From: Spirochaetota bacterium
GTDB taxonomy: Bacteria; Spirochaetota; UBA4802; JAFGDQ01
Assembly: GCA_043803405.1 (NCBI GenBank)
Contig: JAZDKB010000048.1
Span: 26,635-90,634 of the forward strand
Length of the DNA: 64,000 bases
Direction of reading: 5' to 3'
Every line of letters starts with the position of its first letter. Within the stretch, counting starts at the first letter, position 1. Below, piece after piece: positions 1 to 9,596 of the stretch. Position numbers and translations under genes: made by a program. The notes under the pieces are model-generated. The model was given only the letters and a program-made list of their open reading frames with translations. It searched no databases and was not told the DNA's origin.

Positions 1-2
1 TG

Positions 3-428
3 AAGCTTACGGGCATTAATGCGCTTAAGGATAAATCCATGGCGGAGATAAGCGGAGGCGAGAGGCAGCTTGCGTTCATCACTAGGGCGCTGGCGCAGGA
101 GCCGCGCCTTCTTTTGCTCGATGAGCCGACTTCGTACCTGGACATTACCCACCAGATAAGTATCATGGATCTGATACGCCGTCTTAACAAAGATTTGGGC
201 ATTACGGTAATCATGATCCTGCACGACCTTAACCTTGCAAGCGAGTACTGCGGGAAACTGATACTGCTGAATGACGGGGAGATATACAAGGCCGGGAGCC
301 CTCAGGAAGTTCTGACATATTCAGCTATTGAGGAAGTATATAAAACAATAGTGGTTGTGGAAAAGAACCCGCTATCAAAAAAGCCGTTCATACTTCTTGT
401 ATCGGAGGAAGAAAGAGGGAAAGTATAG
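3..428 (+). CDS. ABC transporter ATP-binding protein, Fe-siderophore/cobalamin (FecE/BtuD) type; 5' end lies outside the window
   Basis: Signature ISGGERQ, Walker B LLLLDEPT and ILHDLNLA; the frame is open from base 3 to the track ATG at 39. Confidence 0.9.
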   Translation, partial: KLTGINALKDKSMAEISGGERQLAFITRALAQEPRLLLLDEPTSYLDITHQISIMDLIRRLNKDLGITVIMILHDLNLASEYCGKLILLNDGEIYKAGSPQEVLTYSAIEEVYKTIVVVEKNPLSKKPFILLVSEEERGKV

Positions 429-512
429 TTTGAGTCTATTTTGCTAAGAGTGCCTTCCAAAACTTATTGTCTCGATAAAATACATAGTATTATATAGTTT
501 TTAGTCTGGTAG

Positions 513-1178
513 TTATACAAACACGGTCGGTTTTTTATTGTGCGCTTCTTCGACGCGCTTTAGAAAGTCCTCGCGCGGGATGTAAACGCCGCCGAAGCTT
601 TTCGTAAGCTCTGTAAGCATCTGCACGTCAATCCATGTAAGGCCGATCGCGCTTAAACGCTCTATCAGGTACCACAGGCAGAGCTTTGATCTGTTCGGCT
701 TTCTGTAAAACATGCTTTCTCCGCTGAATACGTTGCCAACGAATACTCCGTATATCCCGCCTGTGAGTTCGCCGTCTTCCCATGCTTCCACGCTGTGCGC
801 GTATCCTGAAAGATGAAGATTAGTGTATGCCTTTACCATGGACGGCAATATCCATGTGCCCCTCTGGCCGGGGCGCTTCTGATGCCGGCAGGCTTTAATA
901 ACCTCGTTGAACGCTGTGTTAATCCTGAATTCGCCCTTCCATGATTTCCTGAATCTGCGGAGCCTTTGAGGAATATGAATGCCGGAAAATTCGATTATGC
1001 CGCGAAGGGAAGGGCAGAACCAGAGTATAGGAAGCCCTTCCTGCGGCCATGGGAATATGCCGTGATAATACGAATCGACCAGGGTTTCGGGTCCAAGATT
1101 TCCGCCTATGCACAGAAGCCCATCCTGGTCCGACATATCCGGATCCGGAAAAACAGAATGCTTAATTTTATCAATCAT
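513..1178 (-). CDS. aat: Leucyl/phenylalanyl-tRNA--protein transferase
   Basis: GLLCIGGNL, YYHGIFPW, AHSVEAW, GGIYGV and FSGESMF motifs. Confidence 0.95.
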   Translation of the reverse strand: MIDKIKHSVFPDPDMSDQDGLLCIGGNLGPETLVDSYYHGIFPWPQEGLPILWFCPSLRGIIEFSGIHIPQRLRRFRKSWKGEFRINTAFNEVIKACRHQKRPGQRGTWILPSMVKAYTNLHLSGYAHSVEAWEDGELTGGIYGVFVGNVFSGESMFYRKPNRSKLCLWYLIERLSAIGLTWIDVQMLTELTKSFGGVYIPREDFLKRVEEAHNKKPTVFV

Positions 1179-1204
1179 GAGAAAAATAACTGAATAAAAA
1201 CATA

Positions 1205-2011
1205 TTACCTGACGATTTTCAGTTTTCCGTTAATCATCCCTACATAAACAGCAAGATCAAATGTTGAACCGTCGGAAGATTTTGCCTGTATAAGTTCTTC
1301 CTTGCCGTTAAAAATGTGCCATATCCTTTTGGTCGGGCCTACTGCTACAGCCCGCAGCGAAGCTGGGTTCAGCTTGTTTAGTTTCGCTCTGAAAAGCTCT
1401 TCAGTAAGAAACCTTCTAAGTTCGCTTTTCATGTCCACTCCGCCAAATGCCTTTGAGTAATCAATTACTTTTATCTCGGACTCCCGTAATATTGATTCGG
1501 TGTCCTTTTTAGCGAACATAGCATATAGTTTTTGCGCATAAGCATAAACATCTTTTTCATTAGCTCTTCCTGCATCGCTTAAATGCTTTTTGAAATCCAG
1601 AATGGATTTGAATTTCTTCGCAGATGTTGCTTTGCCGTCAGCGCCAAAGTCCTTGTTCTTTAGCTCGATCGAGATGAGCTTGCCTTTGTCCGTAGTTGAT
1701 ACTGTTGCTCCGCGTTCCATTTCAGAAACTCCGAAGGAGAATTCCGACGGCTTTGAAGGATTGGCTTTCTTTATATCTGCTTTGATTTCATTATCCCCTA
1801 TGAGCCATGGATTAAGCGCAGCGCTGCCGTTACCGGTCTTTCCGTCAAATTCGGTTATAACAAATCCGTTTACAAGGAGTTGGCCTGTCACATTCTCTGT
1901 CTGATATGTCATCTGGTAAAATATCGTTTTTTCCTGCATGGCAACCATACCTCCGCTTAAAAGCATCAGAAAAGCTGTAATTATCATACAACCCAAAAAA
2001 ACTTTTTTCAT
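1205..2011 (-). CDS. Hypothetical exported protein
   Basis: 268 aa ORF with a basic and hydrophobic N-terminal signal sequence; no family recognised. Confidence 0.7.
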   Translation of the reverse strand: MKKVFLGCMIITAFLMLLSGGMVAMQEKTIFYQMTYQTENVTGQLLVNGFVITEFDGKTGNGSAALNPWLIGDNEIKADIKKANPSKPSEFSFGVSEMERGATVSTTDKGKLISIELKNKDFGADGKATSAKKFKSILDFKKHLSDAGRANEKDVYAYAQKLYAMFAKKDTESILRESEIKVIDYSKAFGGVDMKSELRRFLTEELFRAKLNKLNPASLRAVAVGPTKRIWHIFNGKEELIQAKSSDGSTFDLAVYVGMINGKLKIVR

Positions 2012-2135
2012 TTTTTTTCCTCTTCTTGAAATAATTTTTATAAAGATTAAAACAAATCAAATTAATTATTGTCTCAAAATATTTATAATTATTGGATTTA
2101 AGAATATTGAAGGATATTAAAAGTCAATTGCATTT

Positions 2136-2993
2136 TTAGTAGTCACCGGCTGCCTGGAGTTCGCGCTGAAGGATCTTCTTTACTTCTGCGGACGCCCAGA
2201 AATCCCAATTGTGCGATTTGCCTTTCCCGATATCTTTCATGAATTCGGTTTTATTTGAAGTTTTAATGCGCGATGCCAAGGCTGCCTGCTGCCTGTAAAT
2301 TGACAGTTCTTCGCTCAGCAAAATTATTCTGCATTTGATCGCCGGGAATATTGTTACAGGCTGCTCAATTTCCCATCCCGCGGGAGAGGCGTATTCCTTA
2401 AGATGAATTTTATACTCGCCCGAATCCGCGGCAAGAGTGCTGTAATCGTATGTACCGGATATGCATATAAGTGACTTTAGTTTTGAGATAAGCGGAGCGA
2501 ATTTTACTGCGCCTTCTGCCCCGGATGAAATGCCGGATAATATTACAGGAAGAGCGCCGTGCAGTTTGACAAGTTTGTCATATATGCCGAGGTATATCCG
2601 AAGCTCGGACAACCCGTTGTCGGGATTGTACACGTACAGGCTTGTGCCGGAATCGACAATAACAACAAGTGCATTGTGCCATGACGAAAGTTCTTTTAAT
2701 CCCATATTTTTTATTAGAATTTCAGGGGATTGTTTGTAGGGATCTCCTTCAGGTTTGTATCCGTGAAAAAGCCACAGCATAATTTCCGGCTTGTCGGGAA
2801 CTATCATATACAAATCCCTTGATGTACGTACAGCTCCTTTCCTTACAGATACTGCATATTTTTCGCCTGCGGATTTTGTTATAGTAAGCGAGTTAAGACT
2901 GCCCCAGCTCTTCTTTAGAGCGTTGAAGTCCGGGGCGTCTTTTGCAAATGCGGGGATAGCGAATAATATAATAGCGAGAATAATCCTTTTCAT
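2136..2993 (-). CDS. Exported alpha/beta hydrolase, putative esterase
   Basis: Signal peptide (AFA), oxyanion LFHG, nucleophile elbow GISSG and C-terminal HNWDFW. Confidence 0.75.
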   Translation of the reverse strand: MKRIILAIILFAIPAFAKDAPDFNALKKSWGSLNSLTITKSAGEKYAVSVRKGAVRTSRDLYMIVPDKPEIMLWLFHGYKPEGDPYKQSPEILIKNMGLKELSSWHNALVVIVDSGTSLYVYNPDNGLSELRIYLGIYDKLVKLHGALPVILSGISSGAEGAVKFAPLISKLKSLICISGTYDYSTLAADSGEYKIHLKEYASPAGWEIEQPVTIFPAIKCRIILLSEELSIYRQQAALASRIKTSNKTEFMKDIGKGKSHNWDFWASAEVKKILQRELQAAGDY

Positions 2994-3072
2994 GTTTTAT
3001 CCTTATCCTGAAAAATTATTTGTTTATGCTCAACTTCTCAGTATGGCATCTGTGGTTAATTCTTTGATTCGC

Positions 3073-3993
3073 TTACTTTAAAAATCCCTGAATAATTTTG
3101 TTAACAGCTTCATCATAAGTAAGGCCAAGGCTCATCAGCTTCATTAGCTGGTCATTGGCTATCTTGCCTATGGATGCTTCGTGAGTCAGTTCCGCGTCAG
3201 AATGTCCTGCTTTGAGAGACGGTATTGTCTCGTTACGTCCGTTGTCCATTATGATCGCGTCGCACTCGATATGTCCGAAGCATTTTGCCTGCGCGTCCAT
3301 TGTAGCATAGAAATTCTGCACCGAATTTCCTTTTATAACAGACCTTGAGATCATGTTGGCCTTGCTGCCGTCTCCTTTAAGCAATATCTGATTTCTGGAT
3401 GTTGCTTTCTGCGACGCATCGGTCATTACTCTCTCTGTTATAAGGATAGTGCTGCCTGTACCCAGTGTTGCTTCGTTAAGCCTGTTGGCAGCATCCACGC
3501 CTCCAAGCTGCGAAAGCTCCATTTCAGCATAAGCTCCCTGTTCCAGATATACTTTTGTTGTAGGATTAAGGCTGCGTTTGCCTTTTCCTTCACCGAGAGC
3601 GACGTGCTTTTCTACATATTTTATCCTGGCGTTTTTACCTACGCGGAATTCGTGAATGCCTTCGTGTCCTTGCTCTTTGGAAGTCCCGCAATGAATACCG
3701 CAGCCTGCCACTATTGTAACATCCGAATCATCCCCGATAATAAAATTATTATAAACAACGTCGTTGAGCCCGGCCTGGCTTACGATAACAGGGATATGAA
3801 CTGATTCGTTTTTAGTACCCGGCTTGATCGTAATTATTATACCGTTCCCTTCTGGATTTGTTTCAATATTGATATTTGCAGAAACTTCCCTGCTTAACAG
3901 CTTGCCGTTTTTTCGAATATTGTAAGCTCCTTTGGGGATGCCTTCAAGATCGGCTACGGATTTTAACAGTTCTTTATCTATAGCATCTAGCAT
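3073..3993 (-). CDS. sufB: SufB/SufD-family Fe-S assembly scaffold (SmsB-like)
   Basis: VHIPV, GCGIH, GHIECDAII, THEASIGKI and LMSLGL motifs; overlaps the upstream SufC-like gene. Confidence 0.9.
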   Translation of the reverse strand: MLDAIDKELLKSVADLEGIPKGAYNIRKNGKLLSREVSANINIETNPEGNGIIITIKPGTKNESVHIPVIVSQAGLNDVVYNNFIIGDDSDVTIVAGCGIHCGTSKEQGHEGIHEFRVGKNARIKYVEKHVALGEGKGKRSLNPTTKVYLEQGAYAEMELSQLGGVDAANRLNEATLGTGSTILITERVMTDASQKATSRNQILLKGDGSKANMISRSVIKGNSVQNFYATMDAQAKCFGHIECDAIIMDNGRNETIPSLKAGHSDAELTHEASIGKIANDQLMKLMSLGLTYDEAVNKIIQGFLK

Positions 3994-4735
3994 TTAATTC
4001 TCCTTCGCAGACATTTGTAAAGCTGCAGAAACTTAAATCGTTTAAGAGCGGCATTGCGCCCTCTAGATTTCCTGTATAAATTATCCGGCCTTCCTTTATT
4101 ATTAGAAGCACATCAGCAGCCTCGAGAAAGACCTTATTGTGGCTCACTACAATAGTTGTTGTGCCACGCTCCTTTTGTTCTCTTTTTATTAGATTTACCA
4201 TTGGATCTATTGTCCACAGGTCGATCCCTGTGTCCGGTTCGTCGTAAATAGCGACTTTCGGGTTAAGGGCAATTGTTGTCGCAAGCTCAATCTTTTTTAT
4301 TTCGCCGCCGGAAAGCTTCGAGTCCACTGGCTTATCCAGAAAGTCCAGCGAACAGATTCCTACCCTTGTAATGATATCGATAATCTTGCTTTCATCATCT
4401 GTTTTTGCAGCCATGGAGAGAAGATCCCTGCATGTTGTGCCTTTGAACCGTGCCGGATTCTGAAAGCTGTACGCTATCCCGGCGCGCGCCCGCTCTGTGA
4501 TCGAAAGCTTTGTTATATCTTTCCCTTCGAACATCACAGCGCCCGATGTCGTTTCGTTGATACCCATTATAAGTTTTGCCAGGGTCGTTTTGCCGCTGCC
4601 GTTCGGTCCGGTAACTGCGTAAAATTTTCCTTTCTCGAAAGTGAAATTTACGTTGTCGATTATCTTCCTTATTCCGTTTCCTACGGATGAATCGGAGCTC
4701 TGAGCTTCAAATGTCAGATTTTTTAATTCTAGCAT
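3974..4735 (-). CDS. sufC: SufC-like ABC ATPase (SmsC-like)
   Basis: GPNGSGKTT, SFQNPARF, LSGGEIKKIE and DEPDTGID; three Cys in the C-terminal tail. Confidence 0.88.
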   Translation of the reverse strand: MLELKNLTFEAQSSDSSVGNGIRKIIDNVNFTFEKGKFYAVTGPNGSGKTTLAKLIMGINETTSGAVMFEGKDITKLSITERARAGIAYSFQNPARFKGTTCRDLLSMAAKTDDESKIIDIITRVGICSLDFLDKPVDSKLSGGEIKKIELATTIALNPKVAIYDEPDTGIDLWTIDPMVNLIKREQKERGTTTIVVSHNKVFLEAADVLLIIKEGRIIYTGNLEGAMPLLNDLSFCSFTNVCEGELNARCYR

Positions 4736-4930
4736 ATCTGCCTCTTATTCTAATCAGCATTGCTTTTTTTTGAATTATAAAGCGTTACTTAATGAAGGCA
4801 TATTTTAGTTTATTATGCAATATTTTTTTAGCAGGAATAGCAAATTATATTTTTGATGCAGGAGCTAATATTCGTATATACCGATAATAAATATATTCGA
4901 TTAATATTTATTTTAAAAAGGAGTCATATT

Positions 4931-5674
4931 ATGAAAAAAAGTATTTTAACAAATTTATTTTTATTTCTTTTCGTCTTTACAGGCTTTTCCGTATTTGCAG
5001 AAGAAATGACTGATAAAAAAGAAACAAGCAAATTCAGTATAATGGCTGATGCTGGTTTTGGTTGGTCAAATAATCTGCGTACTGAGGACTGGTTAAACGC
5101 ATATAGAAATTTGGCAAAAGCAAATTTTAATCCCGGTTACCAGGAAAAAGAAGAAAAGTCGACTCTTATTTACGGTGGATTCGATCTTGAACCCAGATAT
5201 TATACAGGAAATATAGTGTACGGAGTTTCAATAGGTTATCATAAAACAACTACAGGCAAAAGGGAGTTAACAGGTACTCAAATAGCAACAACAAATCCTT
5301 TAAGCTATAAAGCAGAGGCTTCCCTGAGCATGTTCTCAGTAATGAGTACGATATATTATAAGATAAATAAAAGCGATACAAGCTTTTTACTGCTTGGAGG
5401 CGGACTAGGCTATTACCGAGCCACTCTTAAATTGAAAGAAGGTTTTAACACTAATATCAATTCATATAAAGGAAACGGATGGACAATTGGCTGGCATACT
5501 CAGATTGAGTACAATAAAACATTCGGAAATGTCGTGCTCGCTGGCGGTGTTATGAGCCGGTTTGCGGAAGTGTGGAAACTTGAAATTAATGATAGCAGCG
5601 GAAATGAAAAATACGACAGCAGCGTTAATATGACTGGTATATATTTTTACATTGGGGCAGGATATTTGATTTAG
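4931..5674 (+). CDS. Outer-membrane beta-barrel protein (OmpW/OMP_b-brl-like)
   Basis: Start chosen at ATG 4931 after AAGGAG; signal peptide, amphipathic strands, C-terminal FYIGAGYLI. Confidence 0.75.
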   Translation: MKKSILTNLFLFLFVFTGFSVFAEEMTDKKETSKFSIMADAGFGWSNNLRTEDWLNAYRNLAKANFNPGYQEKEEKSTLIYGGFDLEPRYYTGNIVYGVSIGYHKTTTGKRELTGTQIATTNPLSYKAEASLSMFSVMSTIYYKINKSDTSFLLLGGGLGYYRATLKLKEGFNTNINSYKGNGWTIGWHTQIEYNKTFGNVVLAGGVMSRFAEVWKLEINDSSGNEKYDSSVNMTGIYFYIGAGYLI

Positions 5675-5741
5675 ACAATCTTGAGGTAAAATCAGTTCTT
5701 GCAAGTATTATAAAACAGAAACGAAAACAGTTATTTTGCAG

Positions 5742-5764
5742 GAGGCAGCCTTAACGGTTGCCTC
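5742..5764 (+). terminator. GC-rich hairpin after the OMP gene, possible terminator
   Basis: GAGGCAGCC-TTAAC-GGTTGCCTC; no clear U-tract. Confidence 0.4.
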
Positions 5765-6087
5765 TAATGGCAACATCTAGCTCCAGTATATGTTAGAATG
5801 AAAATAACTTAAAATTTATATATTTTATTTAAGATTTGATTTATCGGAAGTTTTGACAGATTTTTCCTAATTTAAGATATAAAAGCTCCTACAAAGTAAT
5901 ATCATAAATTTATAATAATTTTTTAATTAATGATTGAAATTATTTATTTTGTGTTGTTAAATTAAAAATTATATAACTTCATTTTAAAATAACGTATTAA
6001 AAAATAAAATATATTAACTCTCGATAATATTTGTCCATATTTTATTGAAACCAGTCATTTCTTAAGGTAATAAGGAGATGAAGATAA

Positions 6088-6636
6088 ATGATAGAAATCA
6101 GATGGCATGGCCGGGGCGGACAGGGAGCTGTTACTTCGGTGGAATTGCTGGCAGTATCGGCGATTGCTGCAGGAAAATATGCACAGGGTTTCCCCAGTTT
6201 CGGACCGGAAAGAAGAGGGGCGCCTGTCACCGCGTTTTCCCGCATTGATGATAAAAAAATTAATGACCGTTCTTGTATTTATAAACCGGATGTAGTAATA
6301 GTGCTGGATTTCAGCCTGATAGGCATGGTCGATGTTATTGACGGATTGAAACCGGACGGCATATTGATTGTCAATACGCAGAAATCACCCGATGAAATTC
6401 GTGAAATTATGAATGTTAAATGCAGGATATCTACTGTAGACGGCACCGGCATTGCGCGCAAGGTAATGGGAGTACCAATTGCCAACACTACAATGATCGG
6501 CGCGTTGCTGAAAGTGATCGGAGTCATGGAACTCGATCAGATGAAGGATGTAGTGGAAAAAAGGTTCGGTAAACTAGCCCAGAAGAATCTTGATTCGATG
6601 AAAAGGGCTTATGATGAAACTATCATCAGCAATTAA
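6088..6636 (+). CDS. porC: Pyruvate/2-oxoacid:ferredoxin oxidoreductase gamma subunit
   Basis: EIRWHGRGGQGAVT and FPSFGPERRGAPV. Confidence 0.95.
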   Translation: MIEIRWHGRGGQGAVTSVELLAVSAIAAGKYAQGFPSFGPERRGAPVTAFSRIDDKKINDRSCIYKPDVVIVLDFSLIGMVDVIDGLKPDGILIVNTQKSPDEIREIMNVKCRISTVDGTGIARKVMGVPIANTTMIGALLKVIGVMELDQMKDVVEKRFGKLAQKNLDSMKRAYDETIISN

Positions 6637-6649
6637 GAGGTAGAAAAAA

Positions 6650-6940
6650 ATGACAAAAAAAAAGGGACCGGCGACCTGGCAGGAGATTACCATCGGTTGC
6701 GTTGTGTCCGAACCCGGCAGCGCCGGTGAGTATCATACCGGAAGCTGGCGGTCGGAACACCCTGTGTGGGATAACAGCAAATGCATTAAATGCGGCGTCT
6801 GCTATGTATTTTGCCCTGAAGGCTGCGTGCAGCAGGGAGAAGACGGATTTTTTAAAGCGGATATGAATTACTGCAAGGGATGCGGTATTTGCGCACATGA
6901 ATGCTGGTCACGCGCAATTACGATGGTTGAGGAGGGATAA
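6650..6940 (+). CDS. porD: Pyruvate/2-oxoacid:ferredoxin oxidoreductase delta subunit (2x[4Fe-4S])
   Basis: TGSWR, CIKCGVCYVFCP and YCKGCGICAHEC. Confidence 0.95.
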   Translation: MTKKKGPATWQEITIGCVVSEPGSAGEYHTGSWRSEHPVWDNSKCIKCGVCYVFCPEGCVQQGEDGFFKADMNYCKGCGICAHECWSRAITMVEEG

Positions 6941-6941
6941 C

Positions 6942-8117
6942 ATGGGCAAGCGCACAGGTATGGAAGTAGCAATTGCCGTAGCGGAAGCCGTAGGCCTCTG
7001 CAAAATAGATATGGCTGCCGCTTACCCAATTACGCCGCAGTCGCATATTGCCGAGCATTTATCCGATCTTGTAGCCGACGGCAGGATCGATGCTGAATTT
7101 ATAACCGTAGAGTCCGAACATTCGGCCATGAGCGCAGTCATCGGAGCCTCCGGAACAGGCGCCCGTTCTTATACCGCCACCAGCTCACAGGGGCTGATGC
7201 TGATGCACGAACTCCTGCCCATAGCTTCGGGCATGAGGCTGCCGATCGTTATGGGAATTGCCAATCGTGCGGTTTCCGGCCCGTTAAATATTCTGAACGA
7301 TCATTCAGACATTATGCCCCAGCGCGACGCCGGGTGGATCGCGATTTTTGCCGAAAACGGCCAGGAAGCGGTTGATCTCTCAATCCAGGCTTTCAAAATT
7401 GCCGAGCATAAAGACGTTATGCTGCCGGTTAGCGTCAATATAGACGGTTTTCAGTTAACTCACATGATAGAATCCCTGGAAATGCCGACCCAGGAAGAAG
7501 TAGATAAATTTCTGCCGCCTTTCGTTCCGCATGCGACTCTTCACCCGGCAAAACCGGTCACAATGGGAGCATTTTCCATGTCCGATTATTTTACGGAAAT
7601 TATGAAGGCTAAGGATGAAGCAGTCAGGAATTCAAAGAAAGTTATCATGGACGTGTGGGATGAATGGGCTAAGATGTTCGGACGCAGCTACAAGCCTGTG
7701 GAAACCTACAAGGCCGACGATGCGGAAATCCTTCTGCTTACGATGGGTTCCATTGGCGAAACTGCGCAGATTGCGATTGACCAGTTGCGCAGCCAGGGCG
7801 TTAAAGGCGGCCTGGTTAAACTAAGGCTCTGGCGGCCTTTTCCTTTTGCAGAAATTAAAGCTGTACTGAAAAATGCGAAAAAGGTGATCGTTACGGACCG
7901 CGCCGTCTCGTTCGGCGGCCCCGGCGGCCCTGTATTTTCGGAAATCCGGTCAGCTTTGTATGCGGAATCTCAGCGTCCCGTTATTTGTAATTACATCATC
8001 GGCCTTGGCGGCCGGGACGTCACAGCGCATGATTTTGTCGGCATTTTCAATGAAACTATTGCTGATACTGAAAATGCGGCAGTTAACACCAGCAAATTCT
8101 GGGGGGTGAGGGAATAA
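6942..8117 (+). CDS. porA: Pyruvate/2-oxoacid:ferredoxin oxidoreductase alpha subunit
   Basis: AAYPITPQS, ESEHSAMS, TATSSQGL; start chosen at ATG 6942 after GGAGG. Confidence 0.95.
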   Translation: MGKRTGMEVAIAVAEAVGLCKIDMAAAYPITPQSHIAEHLSDLVADGRIDAEFITVESEHSAMSAVIGASGTGARSYTATSSQGLMLMHELLPIASGMRLPIVMGIANRAVSGPLNILNDHSDIMPQRDAGWIAIFAENGQEAVDLSIQAFKIAEHKDVMLPVSVNIDGFQLTHMIESLEMPTQEEVDKFLPPFVPHATLHPAKPVTMGAFSMSDYFTEIMKAKDEAVRNSKKVIMDVWDEWAKMFGRSYKPVETYKADDAEILLLTMGSIGETAQIAIDQLRSQGVKGGLVKLRLWRPFPFAEIKAVLKNAKKVIVTDRAVSFGGPGGPVFSEIRSALYAESQRPVICNYIIGLGGRDVTAHDFVGIFNETIADTENAAVNTSKFWGVRE

Positions 8118-9070
8118 TGAATATAGTAGAAAATTTTGATTTATATGCCCCGCGCCTGATCAATAAAAAAGAACTGTTATCCTCCGGCCACCGCGCCTGC
8201 TCGGGATGCGGCGAGGTCCTGGCTGTGCGCTTAATGTGCAAGGCCCTCGGTGAAAATACGGTTATTGCTTCCGCTACCGGGTGCATGGAAATCGTATCGA
8301 GCATGTATCCTACCACAGCCTGGGAGGTACCCTGGATCCACGTCGCGTTTGAAAATGCGGCAGCTGTGGCTTCCGGCGTGGAAGCAGGGCTGAAAGCGCT
8401 GCGCAGGAAAGGCAGAATAGACGACCGCTATGTAAAGGTTGTCGGTATGGCCGGAGACGGCGGAACAATGGACATCGGCATGCAGGCGCTCTCCGGTGCA
8501 ATGGAACGCGGACATGACATGCTGTTTGTCTGTTTTGACAATGAAGCCTATATGAATACCGGTATTCAGCGCTCCAGCGGCACGCCGATGGGCGCGTCCA
8601 CCACCACCGCACCGGCCGGTAAAGTCAGTTTTGGGCAGAAAACCTGGAAAAAGAATATGCCGGAAATCATGGCCGCGCATAACGTTCCTTATATCGCCAC
8701 TGCCTGCCCCAGTTATCCGCTGGATCTTATCCGGAAGATTGAGAAGGCGAAAAACATGAAAGGCCCGTCTTACATTCATTGTTTCTGTGTGTGCCCGACC
8801 GGCTGGCGCTGTCCTTCTAATCTGGCGATCTCAATGGGGCGACTGGCTGTGGAAACAGGTATCTTCCCGTTATATGAAGTCGAAAACGGGCTTTATCATA
8901 TTTCTCCGGATATGCCGAAAAAGCTCAAGCCGATTAAAGACTATTTCAAAGGACAGGGGCGTTTCCGCCATCTGACGCCTGATAAAATTGATATGATCCA
9001 GGAAAGAGTGAATAACGAATATATAAAGCTTATGGAAAAAGAGAAATGTTTGAAGACTGGAATCGAATAA
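8117..9070 (+). CDS. porB: Pyruvate/2-oxoacid:ferredoxin oxidoreductase beta subunit (TPP-binding)
   Basis: GHRACSGCG, GDGG, DNEAYMNTGIQRS and CPTGW. Confidence 0.95.
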   Translation: MNIVENFDLYAPRLINKKELLSSGHRACSGCGEVLAVRLMCKALGENTVIASATGCMEIVSSMYPTTAWEVPWIHVAFENAAAVASGVEAGLKALRRKGRIDDRYVKVVGMAGDGGTMDIGMQALSGAMERGHDMLFVCFDNEAYMNTGIQRSSGTPMGASTTTAPAGKVSFGQKTWKKNMPEIMAAHNVPYIATACPSYPLDLIRKIEKAKNMKGPSYIHCFCVCPTGWRCPSNLAISMGRLAVETGIFPLYEVENGLYHISPDMPKKLKPIKDYFKGQGRFRHLTPDKIDMIQERVNNEYIKLMEKEKCLKTGIE

Positions 9071-9110
9071 GAAGGGGACTTCCCCTGAAGAATACCGAGG
9101 TAAAGACAGC

Positions 9111-9596
9111 ATGACAAAAACCGCTGAAATCAATAAAAAAGTACAGGAAATTGTCGAAAAGCATCAATGCGATAAAAACGCATTGCTTGCAATGTTGCAG
9201 GATATTCAGGAAGATTTTAATTATCTTCCCAAAGAAGCACTGATAGCTGCAGGAAAAGCGCTTGATATTCCCATAACCCGCGTGTACGAAGTTGCTACGT
9301 TCTATACTGCGTTCAGCCTTAAACCGCGCGGCAAACACATTGTGAAAATCTGCCTTGGCACTGCATGCCATGTTCGCGGCGCGTCGGCCATCCAGGATAA
9401 AATGGAACAGCTGCTTTGCATTAAGCCAGGTGAAACTACGCGTGATAAGAAATACTCGCTCGAAACCGTCAACTGCGTGGGCGCCTGCGCGCTTGGTCCC
9501 GTTGTGGTGATAGACAAAGAATATCACGGCCAGATGACAATGGCCAAAGTTGATAAGATTATCGAAAAGCCCAAAGAGGGGGCACAGAAATCATGA
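9111..9596 (+). CDS. NuoE/HydC/BfuC-like [2Fe-2S] subunit
   Basis: [18 protein letters not shown] and CVGACALGP. Confidence 0.92.
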   Translation: MTKTAEINKKVQEIVEKHQCDKNALLAMLQDIQEDFNYLPKEALIAAGKALDIPITRVYEVATFYTAFSLKPRGKHIVKICLGTACHVRGASAIQDKMEQLLCIKPGETTRDKKYSLETVNCVGACALGPVVVIDKEYHGQMTMAKVDKIIEKPKEGAQKS

